Origin: Pseudomonadota bacterium
GTDB lineage: Bacteria; Pseudomonadota; Alphaproteobacteria; Rhizobiales; Segnochrobactraceae
NCBI GenBank assembly: GCA_023442215.1
Contig: JAEZMP010000216.1
Location: forward strand, 1-53,737
Direction: 5' to 3'
DNA length: 53,737 nucleotides
The notes beneath the pieces were generated by a model. That model was given only the letters and a program-made list of their open reading frames with translations. It had not been told where the DNA came from and made no database searches. The position numbers and the translations under genes are program-made. Within the stretch, counting starts at the first letter, position 1. Every line of letters begins with the position of its first letter. This document shows, one piece after another, positions 8,398 through 16,525 of the stretch.

Positions 8398-8778
8398 GTT
8401 TGCCCGTCGGGCGAACCGCATCGCGAGGAGCATGCGAAATCGAGTGGCGGCAACGATTCCCTGAGAAGGGTCCCGGCTGAGTAGGCGGGGAATCGTCTGG
8501 CGGATTACCGAGGCGCCGGGTGAAAGAGGGAGTGGGTCACAGTCCACGCCGAACCAAAGCGGCGGACCCCGACGCAGGGCACTGCGGACGAATACGGCGG
8601 CAGGATGCGGCGAAGCGCCCGATAGGGCCGCAGCTCGCATGCGAGACGTGGGGGTGTCCAAAGCCTCCCCTCGGCCAGCATGCAGCGGAACCTGGTTCGT
8701 GCGACGACCGGCCGGCCCTTGATGGCACGCCGGCGGAAGGCCGCAGTGCCGCGCACGCACCGGGAGACGCTGCATGTT
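8398..8778 (+). ncRNA. Candidate large structured non-coding RNA
   Basis: More than ten nested helices, an 11-bp helix 8677-8687/8768-8778, a perfect 10-bp crossing pair 8578-8587/8741-8750, GAGA tetraloop, G-U pairs on + strand; no convincing ORF. Confidence 0.65.
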
Positions 8779-8964
8779 CTAAGCGGCTGGTATGGCTGGG
8801 AAAGTAAATCGTAAATGACAGAATAATAATTGGTGTAAAGAGAGAGTATATCTTGGGAAAATCTAGTGGTTTATCTTATCTGAACGTCCAGGTTGTGAGC
8901 TGCCTGCGCGTGGCAGCGGCGAACATCGGCCTGACAACGAAATCAAGCGCCTCGTGACAGGCTG

Positions 8965-8979
8965 GAACAAAAAGAGAAC
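8965..8979. promoter_or_regulatory. Alphaproteobacterial LexA (SOS) box
   Basis: GAAC-AAAAAGA-GAAC, about 60 bp upstream of the DUF5131 start. Confidence 0.8.
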
Positions 8980-9040
8980 AATTCCCAATTAACCGGACGT
9001 GAGTCGTTGGTTCGCCACAGTGCAGGAGGAGGATGGAGCA

Positions 9041-9790
9041 ATGGCAGAAACGTCGATCGAGTGGACAGATGCGACATGGAACCCTGTGGCGGGCTGTTCC
9101 GTGATGTCTGCCGGCTGCACGAATTGCTATGCTATGCGCATGGCGGCGCGGCTGGAGGCTATGGGCGTCGACAAATATGCGGGTCTCACCAGGAAGAGTG
9201 GGGGGCGCGCGAAGTGGACTGGAAAATTGTTCCTCGACGAGAAGGCGCTATCGATCCCGGCCGGTTGGTCGAGGCCGCGCAATGTATTTGTGAACTCGAT
9301 GTCCGACCTCTTCCACGCTGATGTCCCGCGGCAGTTCATTCACCGCGTTTGGGAAGTCATGGAACGAACACCGCGGCATACTTACCAGATTCTGACGAAG
9401 AGGCCTGATCGTATGGCCGAAGTGTTGGGTGATGGATTTAAGGTGTTACCAAACGTATGGCTCGGAACTAGTGTCGAAGATGGTCGGGTTCTTCATCGAT
9501 TGGATGATCTCCGCCGAGTTCCCGCAGTTGTGAGGTTTGTGTCGTTCGAGCCCTTGATCGGCTCGGTCGTGGCCGGAAATCTTGAAAGGATCCAATGGGC
9601 CATCGTCGGTGGCGAATCTGGCCCAGGCGCTCGACCTATCGAGCAGGTGTGGGTGGATGAGATCTTCGAGATGTGCGCAGACGCTGGGGCAGCATTCTTC
9701 TTCAAACAGTGGGGTGGGTGGAACAAGAAGGCCTCAGGCAGGTCCTATCGTGGCCGGACGTGGGAAGAGATGCCTTCCGCTACAGCTTAA
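9041..9790 (+). CDS. DUF5131 (phage Gp37/Gp68) three-Cys radical-SAM-like protein
   Basis: IEWTDATWNP, GCx6CxxCYA, FVNSMSDLFH, LTKRP, VGGESG, FFFKQWGG. Confidence 0.92.
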   Translation: MAETSIEWTDATWNPVAGCSVMSAGCTNCYAMRMAARLEAMGVDKYAGLTRKSGGRAKWTGKLFLDEKALSIPAGWSRPRNVFVNSMSDLFHADVPRQFIHRVWEVMERTPRHTYQILTKRPDRMAEVLGDGFKVLPNVWLGTSVEDGRVLHRLDDLRRVPAVVRFVSFEPLIGSVVAGNLERIQWAIVGGESGPGARPIEQVWVDEIFEMCADAGAAFFFKQWGGWNKKASGRSYRGRTWEEMPSATA

Positions 9791-10608
9791 AGCAAGGGCA
9801 TCTGCTTGTCCGTGTCGCCGGCGATTCCCCAAAAGCGATGAGCCAGCGCGTGGCTCGCGATCAGAAGTAACCAGTACAGGTGTTGATCTTGCGACCCCTT
9901 GAGTACCTTCATGTGTGGAGAGGCTGAAAATCCAGCTTGAGAGACAATCTGTTTCCAGTGGCCTAGTATTTGTGTCCTAATACGACGTGCGCCTTGATCG
10001 AGTGCAACTGCATCTCTCCATCCCGGAGCAAACGCATCGAGAGCCGATTCTTTTGCGGCGATGTTGCGACCAAGGTTCCTTTGAAAGTCCATCTTGCTTA
10101 GATGGACCAGGACATCCATCCGCTTTCGCCGGGCAAGGGATTGGAGAATTCGAAAATCCAATGCGCCGAGGCTGAATGGGTCGACGAATGCAAAATAGAG
10201 GCTGTGGGGACTCGATCGCTCGATCATTTGCCGCACGGTTTCCACAGCGGGCCCGCGGAATGGCGTAACCGGAGCGCCTGCTCTTTGTAATCGCGCGGTC
10301 GCTGCGGTAAGACGCACTTCGTCAATGTCGCCGATTAAGACCTGAGAGAATGGCGCGCCACTCCTTACGCTTTCACGCCAAGCTGCTACACAACTACCGT
10401 CGACAAATTCCTGGCCTCTAATGGACGCCCGACCAGGACCGCAGAATAGATCGATGTAGATTGCACCACCCTTTCCAGGGCCGATAAATTTCTTCCGTGC
10501 CGCGTGAGAAATGTCGATATAGCGGCACAATTTTTCGTGTTTGTCCCTTACCCACGGGCCGACATCTTCGGCTGGCAATCCATCGTCGCCTTCGACCAGC
10601 TGCCCCAC
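9787..10608 (-). CDS. tcmP: Three-Cys-motif partner protein (SAM methyltransferase fold)
   Basis: W..DKH..L..Y, YIDLFCGPG, FAFVDPF; neighbour of DUF5131; GTG start with GGAG RBS. Confidence 0.85.
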   Translation of the reverse strand: MGQLVEGDDGLPAEDVGPWVRDKHEKLCRYIDISHAARKKFIGPGKGGAIYIDLFCGPGRASIRGQEFVDGSCVAAWRESVRSGAPFSQVLIGDIDEVRLTAATARLQRAGAPVTPFRGPAVETVRQMIERSSPHSLYFAFVDPFSLGALDFRILQSLARRKRMDVLVHLSKMDFQRNLGRNIAAKESALDAFAPGWRDAVALDQGARRIRTQILGHWKQIVSQAGFSASPHMKVLKGSQDQHLYWLLLIASHALAHRFWGIAGDTDKQMPLL

Positions 10609-10737
10609 ATCAGTCTCCGGTTTTGCAATGGGAGCGGTGGGGCTATAACAGTCCCATACACCGCGAGTGACAGAATACTCTCTGGATTCGCCTATAGCGT
10701 GCAAGCGCGCCAAGTTCCTTCCCCACGGGAAATGGGG

Positions 10738-11946
10738 CTATTCCACCGTGCATCGAATCTGGAACGTGTAGCCCCGGCCAGCCGTGGCGATGTCCGTCGG
10801 ATCCAGCTTCGCAGTAGCCTCGCTCTCGCTCGGGTCGATGCCGTTCGCCCGGAGAAAGCTGGCAGCGATGTCCGAGCGGATCGCATAGTTCACATTCTGG
10901 GGTAGGGCGCCGCTCGCCTCCAGAGTGGCCACGTCGTCCAGCCGCGCGCGGGTCACGCCCACCAACTGGCCGGACGTGTTCACCACCGGCCCGCCGGAGT
11001 TGCCCGGCTGGATGGGTGCTGAAAGTTGGAAGTGCCGCGTGTCACCGCCGAGGCCGGAGAGAGAGGACACCTGGCCGCCGGTGAAGTTCAGGCCATTGTC
11101 GATGATGCCGGGCAGGGGGAAGCCGAGGGCATAGACGAACTCGCCAAGCTTGAGCGAGCGTCGTGCGAACTGTACGGACTCGGTCCTCTTCGGCTCGGTG
11201 AGTTGGACCAGAGCGAGGTCGTTTGTCTTGTCGCGTGCCGTGATGCGGGCTCGCCCATAGCCTTCGATAGTCGCTGACGTGCAGCCCTCCACTACATGTG
11301 CATTGGTTAGGCCGGTCCCCTCATTCTGAACGAACGTCCCTGACCCGAATGCGGCCCCTTTTGAGGGCTTGGGGGCCGGGGTTGTTTTTGCGGAGGATTG
11401 AGGCCCTACCGGTGCACTTGAAGGCGGAGCGGATCGCTGCGAGCCTTGTTGATCGGCTTTCGCGTTGTTCCCGGCGCAGACCAGTAGGTCTGTCAACATC
11501 CGCGCTGTGCCGGTCAAATTGAAAGACGTTTCAAAGCCCGATGTGGAAACGTTGAGGCGATATCCAGATCTAAAGTTATTGAAGAGGTCACTACTATCTG
11601 GAAGACCGATTCGGATCATATTATCTATCGGAGAATAGCCTTGATATATAAAGTTCTTTGAACCATCTATATTCATATAAACCGAAACCCTATCTCCCTT
11701 TCGATAGCGGACCCGGCTGCCAGAAAAACTAATTGCCCAGTCGAAATTCTTTGAAACGGAAAAAAATACATTTGTCCCGCTTTTATACTCCCCCATAGAC
11801 ACGCAGCTCACAAACGCGCCATCCGTGTCACTGACATTTTTTGAAATTTCCCATTCCCCACTGTAGCCAAGAACGATATTCTTCGCCTCGGCATAATTTG
11901 AAAAGAATAAAAGTAGGGCCGGAAATGCCAATTGGCTGAAATGCAT
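10738..11946 (-). CDS. Exported trypsin-like (S1C) serine protease with N-terminal domain
   Basis: Signal peptide; TNAHV, DLAL, GNSGGP catalytic triad motifs; no PDZ domain. Confidence 0.9.
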   Translation of the reverse strand: MHFSQLAFPALLLFFSNYAEAKNIVLGYSGEWEISKNVSDTDGAFVSCVSMGEYKSGTNVFFSVSKNFDWAISFSGSRVRYRKGDRVSVYMNIDGSKNFIYQGYSPIDNMIRIGLPDSSDLFNNFRSGYRLNVSTSGFETSFNLTGTARMLTDLLVCAGNNAKADQQGSQRSAPPSSAPVGPQSSAKTTPAPKPSKGAAFGSGTFVQNEGTGLTNAHVVEGCTSATIEGYGRARITARDKTNDLALVQLTEPKRTESVQFARRSLKLGEFVYALGFPLPGIIDNGLNFTGGQVSSLSGLGGDTRHFQLSAPIQPGNSGGPVVNTSGQLVGVTRARLDDVATLEASGALPQNVNYAIRSDIAASFLRANGIDPSESEATAKLDPTDIATAGRGYTFQIRCTVE

Positions 11947-12725
11947 TAGAGCCTCGATATCCTGCAGATCACCCGACCAATGATCCTAACTTGTTCGAGC
12001 GCAAGCTGCCTGTTTGAATGCATCGGGTTGTCCGAAATGACCTCGACCATGACGGGGTCTTCGGTCCCCTGCACATATTGGAGTCGCTTTACCTGGACCC
12101 CCGTCGGACCTGTGATGGCGTAGAGGCCATCCTGCGACAGGGTGTTCTGTCGCCGGTTGATGAGCACGCGGTCGCCGGCTGTAAGCGTTGGAATCATTGA
12201 ATCGCCCTCGACGGGAAAAATCTCCACGTCGATCTCGCGGGCACGCAGTTCGCTGTGGAGGAAATCCTGCGGCACCCGCCATGTGGCCCGCAGGTTATCC
12301 ACCACCTGGCCGTCGATGACGATCTCGGGGGCAAATCCGCCCGGACCGTGGCCGCCGATGACATCCACCTCGACCAACTCGCCGGGTTCAAGCTGGCGCC
12401 GCGCCTTCTTGCGGGCGGCCTTCGCCTGATCGGGATCCGGAGGGAAGTCAGGCTCCACGTGATAGTCGCCGTTGGCGATCTGCTCGCTTGCGACGTGTTC
12501 TGATCGAGATGCTTCGCCGTGGTACAACCAAAGCATGTCGCCGCCGAACCACCGCGCGTACTTCCGCGCGGTGTCCTCGTCGAAATCTCGGCCACCGGCG
12601 TGCCCAGCCCGCTCATGCGCATTGTAGCTGGAGACCTTCGCTCCAAACTGGAGCGCAGCCTCGCGGGAGGACTTGAAGCCCGCACGCACCCTCAAAAATT
12701 TCAGTCTGTCGCCGCGTGTTTTCAT
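11946..12725 (-). CDS. cI: CI-like repressor (HTH + S24 peptidase)
   Basis: N-terminal HTH, GDSM and VKRL autocleavage motifs; divergent from cro. Confidence 0.92.
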   Translation of the reverse strand: MKTRGDRLKFLRVRAGFKSSREAALQFGAKVSSYNAHERAGHAGGRDFDEDTARKYARWFGGDMLWLYHGEASRSEHVASEQIANGDYHVEPDFPPDPDQAKAARKKARRQLEPGELVEVDVIGGHGPGGFAPEIVIDGQVVDNLRATWRVPQDFLHSELRAREIDVEIFPVEGDSMIPTLTAGDRVLINRRQNTLSQDGLYAITGPTGVQVKRLQYVQGTEDPVMVEVISDNPMHSNRQLALEQVRIIGRVICRISRL

Positions 12726-12732
12726 CTGCCGC

Positions 12733-12792
12733 ATGGTAGCGACGAAGTTGCTACGCGGGGTAGTTGACGGAAAAATCTACGTAGTGTAGCAA
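12733..12792. promoter_or_regulatory. PR/OR and PRM region
   Basis: Operators CTAC-N5-GTAG at 12751-12763 and 12777-12789; TTGACG-17-TAGCAA rightward; TACCAT (-10 like) leftward at 12738-12733. Confidence 0.85.
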
Positions 12793-12799
12793 CGTAGCT

Positions 12800-13036
12800 A
12801 TGATTGACGCGGCATACATCATCGGGTTGTGGCCCTCCGTTAAGGCCTTCGCCGAAGATCACGGCATTAAGGCCACTCATGTCCATGTCATGAAGGCGCG
12901 GCGTTCGATCCCGCCGCCGAGGTGGCCGACCACGCTTGCTGCCGCCAAGAGGCGCGGCATCGATCTCACCCTCGAAATGCTCGTTGAAGCCCATGGGGGA
13001 GAGTCCTCGGAGACCCCCGCCGCCGAGGTGGCGTGA
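12800..13036 (+). CDS. cro: Cro-like repressor
   Basis: 78-aa HTH-like protein (II.LWPS..AFA.D.G...W/R.SIP..W) divergent from cI. Confidence 0.85.
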   Translation: MIDAAYIIGLWPSVKAFAEDHGIKATHVHVMKARRSIPPPRWPTTLAAAKRRGIDLTLEMLVEAHGGESSETPAAEVA

Positions 13037-13455
13037 TGCTCGCCATCCGCATCGAGCTTTGGCCCGGCGGCGACAAGAGCCAGGCCCGGACCATCGCGGA
13101 AGCGACGGTCACCAACATCTCGGGCCTCGACGACGTCTCCGATTATCAGGTCGCCGCCTTGGAGACAGCCAGCGAAGTGACCGGGCTCCCGGCAAGGGCC
13201 GGCGGCTTCGTCATTCCCGGCCATCCGCGCAAATCCACAGTCTGGTTGCTGGTCGCCAAGGTCGCCATGGCGGCCGCCCGGCGCTTCACGCCTGATCCTG
13301 TTTCTGTGTCCCGCGACCCCGGCGCCCGCCTGCCAGCACCGCGCCGTGTCGCTCCCGTCCACACTGATCCGTCTCCTGTGTCCATCTCCGTGCTGGAGCC
13401 ATCCAAGCACGGAGAAATTGGGAGATGTCCCAAAAGTCTTGGGAGCAGCACATGA
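13036..13455 (+). CDS. Hypothetical phage protein
   Basis: TGATG coupling with cro; N-terminal ~85 aa look globular (IELWPGGD). Confidence 0.65.
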   Translation: MLAIRIELWPGGDKSQARTIAEATVTNISGLDDVSDYQVAALETASEVTGLPARAGGFVIPGHPRKSTVWLLVAKVAMAAARRFTPDPVSVSRDPGARLPAPRRVAPVHTDPSPVSISVLEPSKHGEIGRCPKSLGSST

Positions 13456-13838
13456 GTGCCCTCGCCGAGGAAATGCAGGACGGCCTCCGCGCCGTCGCTG
13501 GCCCAGGTGGCAGCGTGAAGGAACGCATTTCCCGAGCGGCGCGCCGCACCGGCCTCGCCTACTGGCGGGTCTTTGACCTTTGGTACGGCAAGGCGCGCCG
13601 CATCGACCCCCACGAAATCGAGACCGTCCGGTCGAAGCAAGAGCAAGAGGAGGCCCTGCGTGCCGACACTGACGAGCTACTCGCCCAGGTTCTTGCGCGC
13701 GTGGCTGCTCTTGAGGCGGCTCTTGCCGATCAGCGCGCGGGCGCGGCTGCGGGATCGGGCGCTGCGGCAGTCGGACCGGGCGGCTTGGTGGATCGCGTTC
13801 TGGGGCGGCCTTCGGGACCGCTGATTGGCGGGCGCTGA
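13425..13838 (+). CDS. CII-like HTH regulator
   Basis: SVKERISRAARRTGL..RVFDLWYGKARRI; position after cro. Confidence 0.65.
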   Translation: MSQKSWEQHMSALAEEMQDGLRAVAGPGGSVKERISRAARRTGLAYWRVFDLWYGKARRIDPHEIETVRSKQEQEEALRADTDELLAQVLARVAALEAALADQRAGAAAGSGAAAVGPGGLVDRVLGRPSGPLIGGR

Positions 13839-14032
13839 TGCTGACCGGCGACGAACTCCGGCGGATGCACACCGCCCTCGGCACGGTGCTGAAGACCTGC
13901 ATCCGGGATCGCCGCGCGCTCGCCCGCAAGGATGCGGAGCACCTGCTTCCCGACCTGGAGAAGCTCCACCAGCACCTCGGCGACGCCGCGAACAAGAGGG
14001 GAAAGAGCCATGGCGCCGCAGAGGCCGGTTGA
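13838..14032 (+). CDS. Hypothetical phage protein
   Basis: 64-aa ORF with TGATG coupling. Confidence 0.65.
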   Translation: MLTGDELRRMHTALGTVLKTCIRDRRALARKDAEHLLPDLEKLHQHLGDAANKRGKSHGAAEAG

Positions 14033-14258
14033 GGGCCAAGACGTCCAGAAGGTCGCGAGCCGGTTCGATCCCCAGCCCGGCCTCGCCACGCCCGAGGACT
14101 TCCGGCGCGCGGCGCATGCCGACCAATACGAGCTGCTGCGCACGGATGTCTTCGACATCGCGGAGCGGGAGCGCATCGAGCGGCGCATCGCTCGCTTCAA
14201 CTCGATGGCCCGCCGCCTGGAGTGGATGGCAGCCCGGCCGGGGAGGGCGGTGGCATGA
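14010..14258 (+). CDS. Hypothetical phage protein
   Basis: GAGGGG RBS, ATGA overlap with the next gene. Confidence 0.6.
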   Translation: MAPQRPVEGQDVQKVASRFDPQPGLATPEDFRRAAHADQYELLRTDVFDIAERERIERRIARFNSMARRLEWMAARPGRAVA

Positions 14259-14872
14259 GCGCTGCCATCGAGAAGAAGGCTCACGTGTGGGAGCGCGACC
14301 AGCTCGATTGGTATGTGGAGCCTCCGGCCGCGACCGAGGCGCTGCTCACGGCCGAGCGCTTTTCCGGGCGTGTGTTCGATCCCTGCTGCGGGCAGGGCAA
14401 CATCGTGCGGACGCTGATTGACTGCGGCGTGCAGGCCTATGGCTCGGATATCCGCCAGCGGGTCTGGCCGCAGCCCTCCTGGTTCGTCGCAGAGGCGGAC
14501 TTTCTGGCGGGCGATGCCAATGGGCCTCATCCGAACATCGTGATGAACCCGCCATTCTTCCGCGCAAAGGGCGCCGAAGCCTTCATCCGCCATGCCATCG
14601 GGCAAGCGAGCGCCAAGGTCGCGGCTTTCGTGGATGTGCGCTTCCTCGCCGGTGCTGATCGGGCGAACGGCCTCTTCGCCCAGCACCCGCCGCACCGCAT
14701 CTGGGTCATCACGCCACGGGTCTCGTGCCCGCCCGGTGCCTACCTCGCCGACGGCGGGAAGGCCGGCAACGGCTCGTCCGACTGGTGTTGGCTGGTGTGG
14801 GACCTGACCGCGCCGCCTGCCGCCCGCTCCGAATTCGGCTGGCTCCGCCGGCCCACCACCAAGGCAACGTGA
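14255..14872 (+). CDS. Amino (N6A/N4C) DNA methyltransferase-like protein
   Basis: FDPCCGQG (motif I) and MNPPF (motif IV). Confidence 0.8.
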   Translation: MSAAIEKKAHVWERDQLDWYVEPPAATEALLTAERFSGRVFDPCCGQGNIVRTLIDCGVQAYGSDIRQRVWPQPSWFVAEADFLAGDANGPHPNIVMNPPFFRAKGAEAFIRHAIGQASAKVAAFVDVRFLAGADRANGLFAQHPPHRIWVITPRVSCPPGAYLADGGKAGNGSSDWCWLVWDLTAPPAARSEFGWLRRPTTKAT

Positions 14873-14882
14873 GGAGCACACC

Positions 14883-15530
14883 ATGGCACGTCCTAAAGGG
14901 TCGAAGAACAAGCCGAAGATCGTCCCGGCGAACACGAATGCATCGCCGCCGCCACCGGCGAACCACAACCAGCTCACGGACGAGCAGCAACAGGCTCTCT
15001 TTGAGCAGCACAAGAAGAAGTTCGAGCACTTCCTCGCGCTGAAAAAGAAGGCCGACGCGGACTTCAAGAATGCCTGCAAGCTCGCGAAATCCGAGCTGGG
15101 TGACGGCGCGGTGGACTCCATCAAGGACGCCATCGAGCTGGAGAGCGAGGAAGGCGAGGCTCGCTTCAAGGCGCGGATGGAGCGCCAGATTCGCGTCGCC
15201 CGCTGGCTGGGCCTCGATGTCGGCGTCCAGGGCGAGCTGTTCGGCGCGGACCGCACGCCGGGCGATGACCGCGCCTTCGGCGAGGGCAAGCGTGCCGGCA
15301 TGGCGGGGCAGGAGCGCCGGCCGCCCTATGACGCCGCGACCTCCCAGTCCCGCAAATGGATGGAGGGTTACGACGCCGGGCAGGACGTGAACCGCTCCCT
15401 GATGAAGGACGCCATCAAGCCTCCCAAGGCAAAGGCGGACGCTCCGGCCACCGATCCCTTCGACGATGCGCTGCCCGCCGGCCAGTCCGACAAGGATTGG
15501 GAAGCCGCAGCCCCGGAATCGGTGGCCTGA
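14883..15530 (+). CDS. AT-hook / GapR-like / RMF-like multidomain protein
   Basis: RPKGSKNK start, helical core, RAFGEGKRAGMAG..PPY..WMEGY. Confidence 0.6.
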   Translation: MARPKGSKNKPKIVPANTNASPPPPANHNQLTDEQQQALFEQHKKKFEHFLALKKKADADFKNACKLAKSELGDGAVDSIKDAIELESEEGEARFKARMERQIRVARWLGLDVGVQGELFGADRTPGDDRAFGEGKRAGMAGQERRPPYDAATSQSRKWMEGYDAGQDVNRSLMKDAIKPPKAKADAPATDPFDDALPAGQSDKDWEAAAPESVA

Positions 15531-15531
15531 C

Positions 15532-16155
15532 ATGCGCATCGCCGGCCTTGATATCGCGACCAACACCGGCGTGGGCCTCATCCTCGGCGAGGAGGTCCGC
15601 GCCCTGAGCTTCCGCCCGAAGGAGAAGCGGCCGTTCGGCCTCGGCCCGGGCGAGGTGGACTTCGCCTATGAGGGCCGGCTCGCGCGTGAGTTCCGGGACT
15701 GGCTGCGGCCGCTGCTGGTGGCCGAGGCCATCGAGGCGGTGGGGATCGAGAAGCCGCTCCCCCCGAACGTCACCTATCGCAAGCCCATCGTGGACCGGAA
15801 CACGGAGTGGGCCGGCACCGCGATCCGCTACGAGGAGAAGGGCGGCACCACCATGGCCACCATCTTCCGCATCTACAGCTTCGTGGGGGAGGCGTGCGAG
15901 CTGTGCGCCCGCCTCAACATCCCCGTGCACGTCTTCTCGCAGGACGCATGGCGCAAGAGCTTCCTCGGCTTCTCGAAGGCGCCCAAGGGCACCACGGACG
16001 GCTCCGCGTGGCTCAAGGCCCAGGCGAAGGCCCAGTGCGGCCGGATCGGGGTGGAGGTGAAGAACGCCGACGCCGCCGATGCCGTGGGAGTCGTCTGGCA
16101 CCTGCGCGGCATCGTGGACCCGATGAAGCACGGGCTCTTCGCGGCGGCCGAATGA
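15532..16155 (+). CDS. RuvC-like Holliday junction resolvase
   Basis: IAGLDIATNTG, VGIEKP, NADAADA acidic motifs. Confidence 0.82.
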   Translation: MRIAGLDIATNTGVGLILGEEVRALSFRPKEKRPFGLGPGEVDFAYEGRLAREFRDWLRPLLVAEAIEAVGIEKPLPPNVTYRKPIVDRNTEWAGTAIRYEEKGGTTMATIFRIYSFVGEACELCARLNIPVHVFSQDAWRKSFLGFSKAPKGTTDGSAWLKAQAKAQCGRIGVEVKNADAADAVGVVWHLRGIVDPMKHGLFAAAE

Positions 16156-16162
16156 GCGGGCC

Positions 16163-16525
16163 ATGGCCACAGAGCTGGAGCGGCTGCGAGAGGAGAACGA
16201 GTTCCTCAGGCTGAGGGTGCAGGAGCTGGAAGGTTTGCTCCTGAACGCCGACCTGCCGCCGAGCCTGGGCCTGTCGCGGACGGCGGGCCGAGTGCTCTCG
16301 CTCCTCCTGGCCCGGACCATCGTCACTAAGGAGGCGGTCATGACGGCGCTCCACAGCATCGCGGTGGAGGACCCGCCGGACGACAAGATCGTGGCCGCCT
16401 TCATCTTCAGCCTGCGGCGCAAGCTCGCACCGCATGGCGTGGCCATTCACAGCAAGGTCGGGCGCGGCGCGCCCGGCTACTGGATCACCAACGAGGACAA
16501 GGCAAAGGTGAGGGCGTTGTCATGA
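16163..16525 (+). CDS. Stand-alone OmpR/CtrA-type winged-helix protein
   Basis: VTKE..PDDKIVAAFIFSLRRKL..GRG; no receiver domain. Confidence 0.78.
   Translation: MATELERLREENEFLRLRVQELEGLLLNADLPPSLGLSRTAGRVLSLLLARTIVTKEAVMTALHSIAVEDPPDDKIVAAFIFSLRRKLAPHGVAIHSKVGRGAPGYWITNEDKAKVRALS

Noticed and set aside
8417..8496. Possible hammerhead ribozyme (CTGAG.. and CGAAA)
   Set aside because: No CUGANGA core in the right position relative to the stems
8389..8807. Short ORFs over the candidate ncRNA
   Set aside because: Arg/Pro/Ala-rich, no RBS, mutually overlapping; pairing explains the region better
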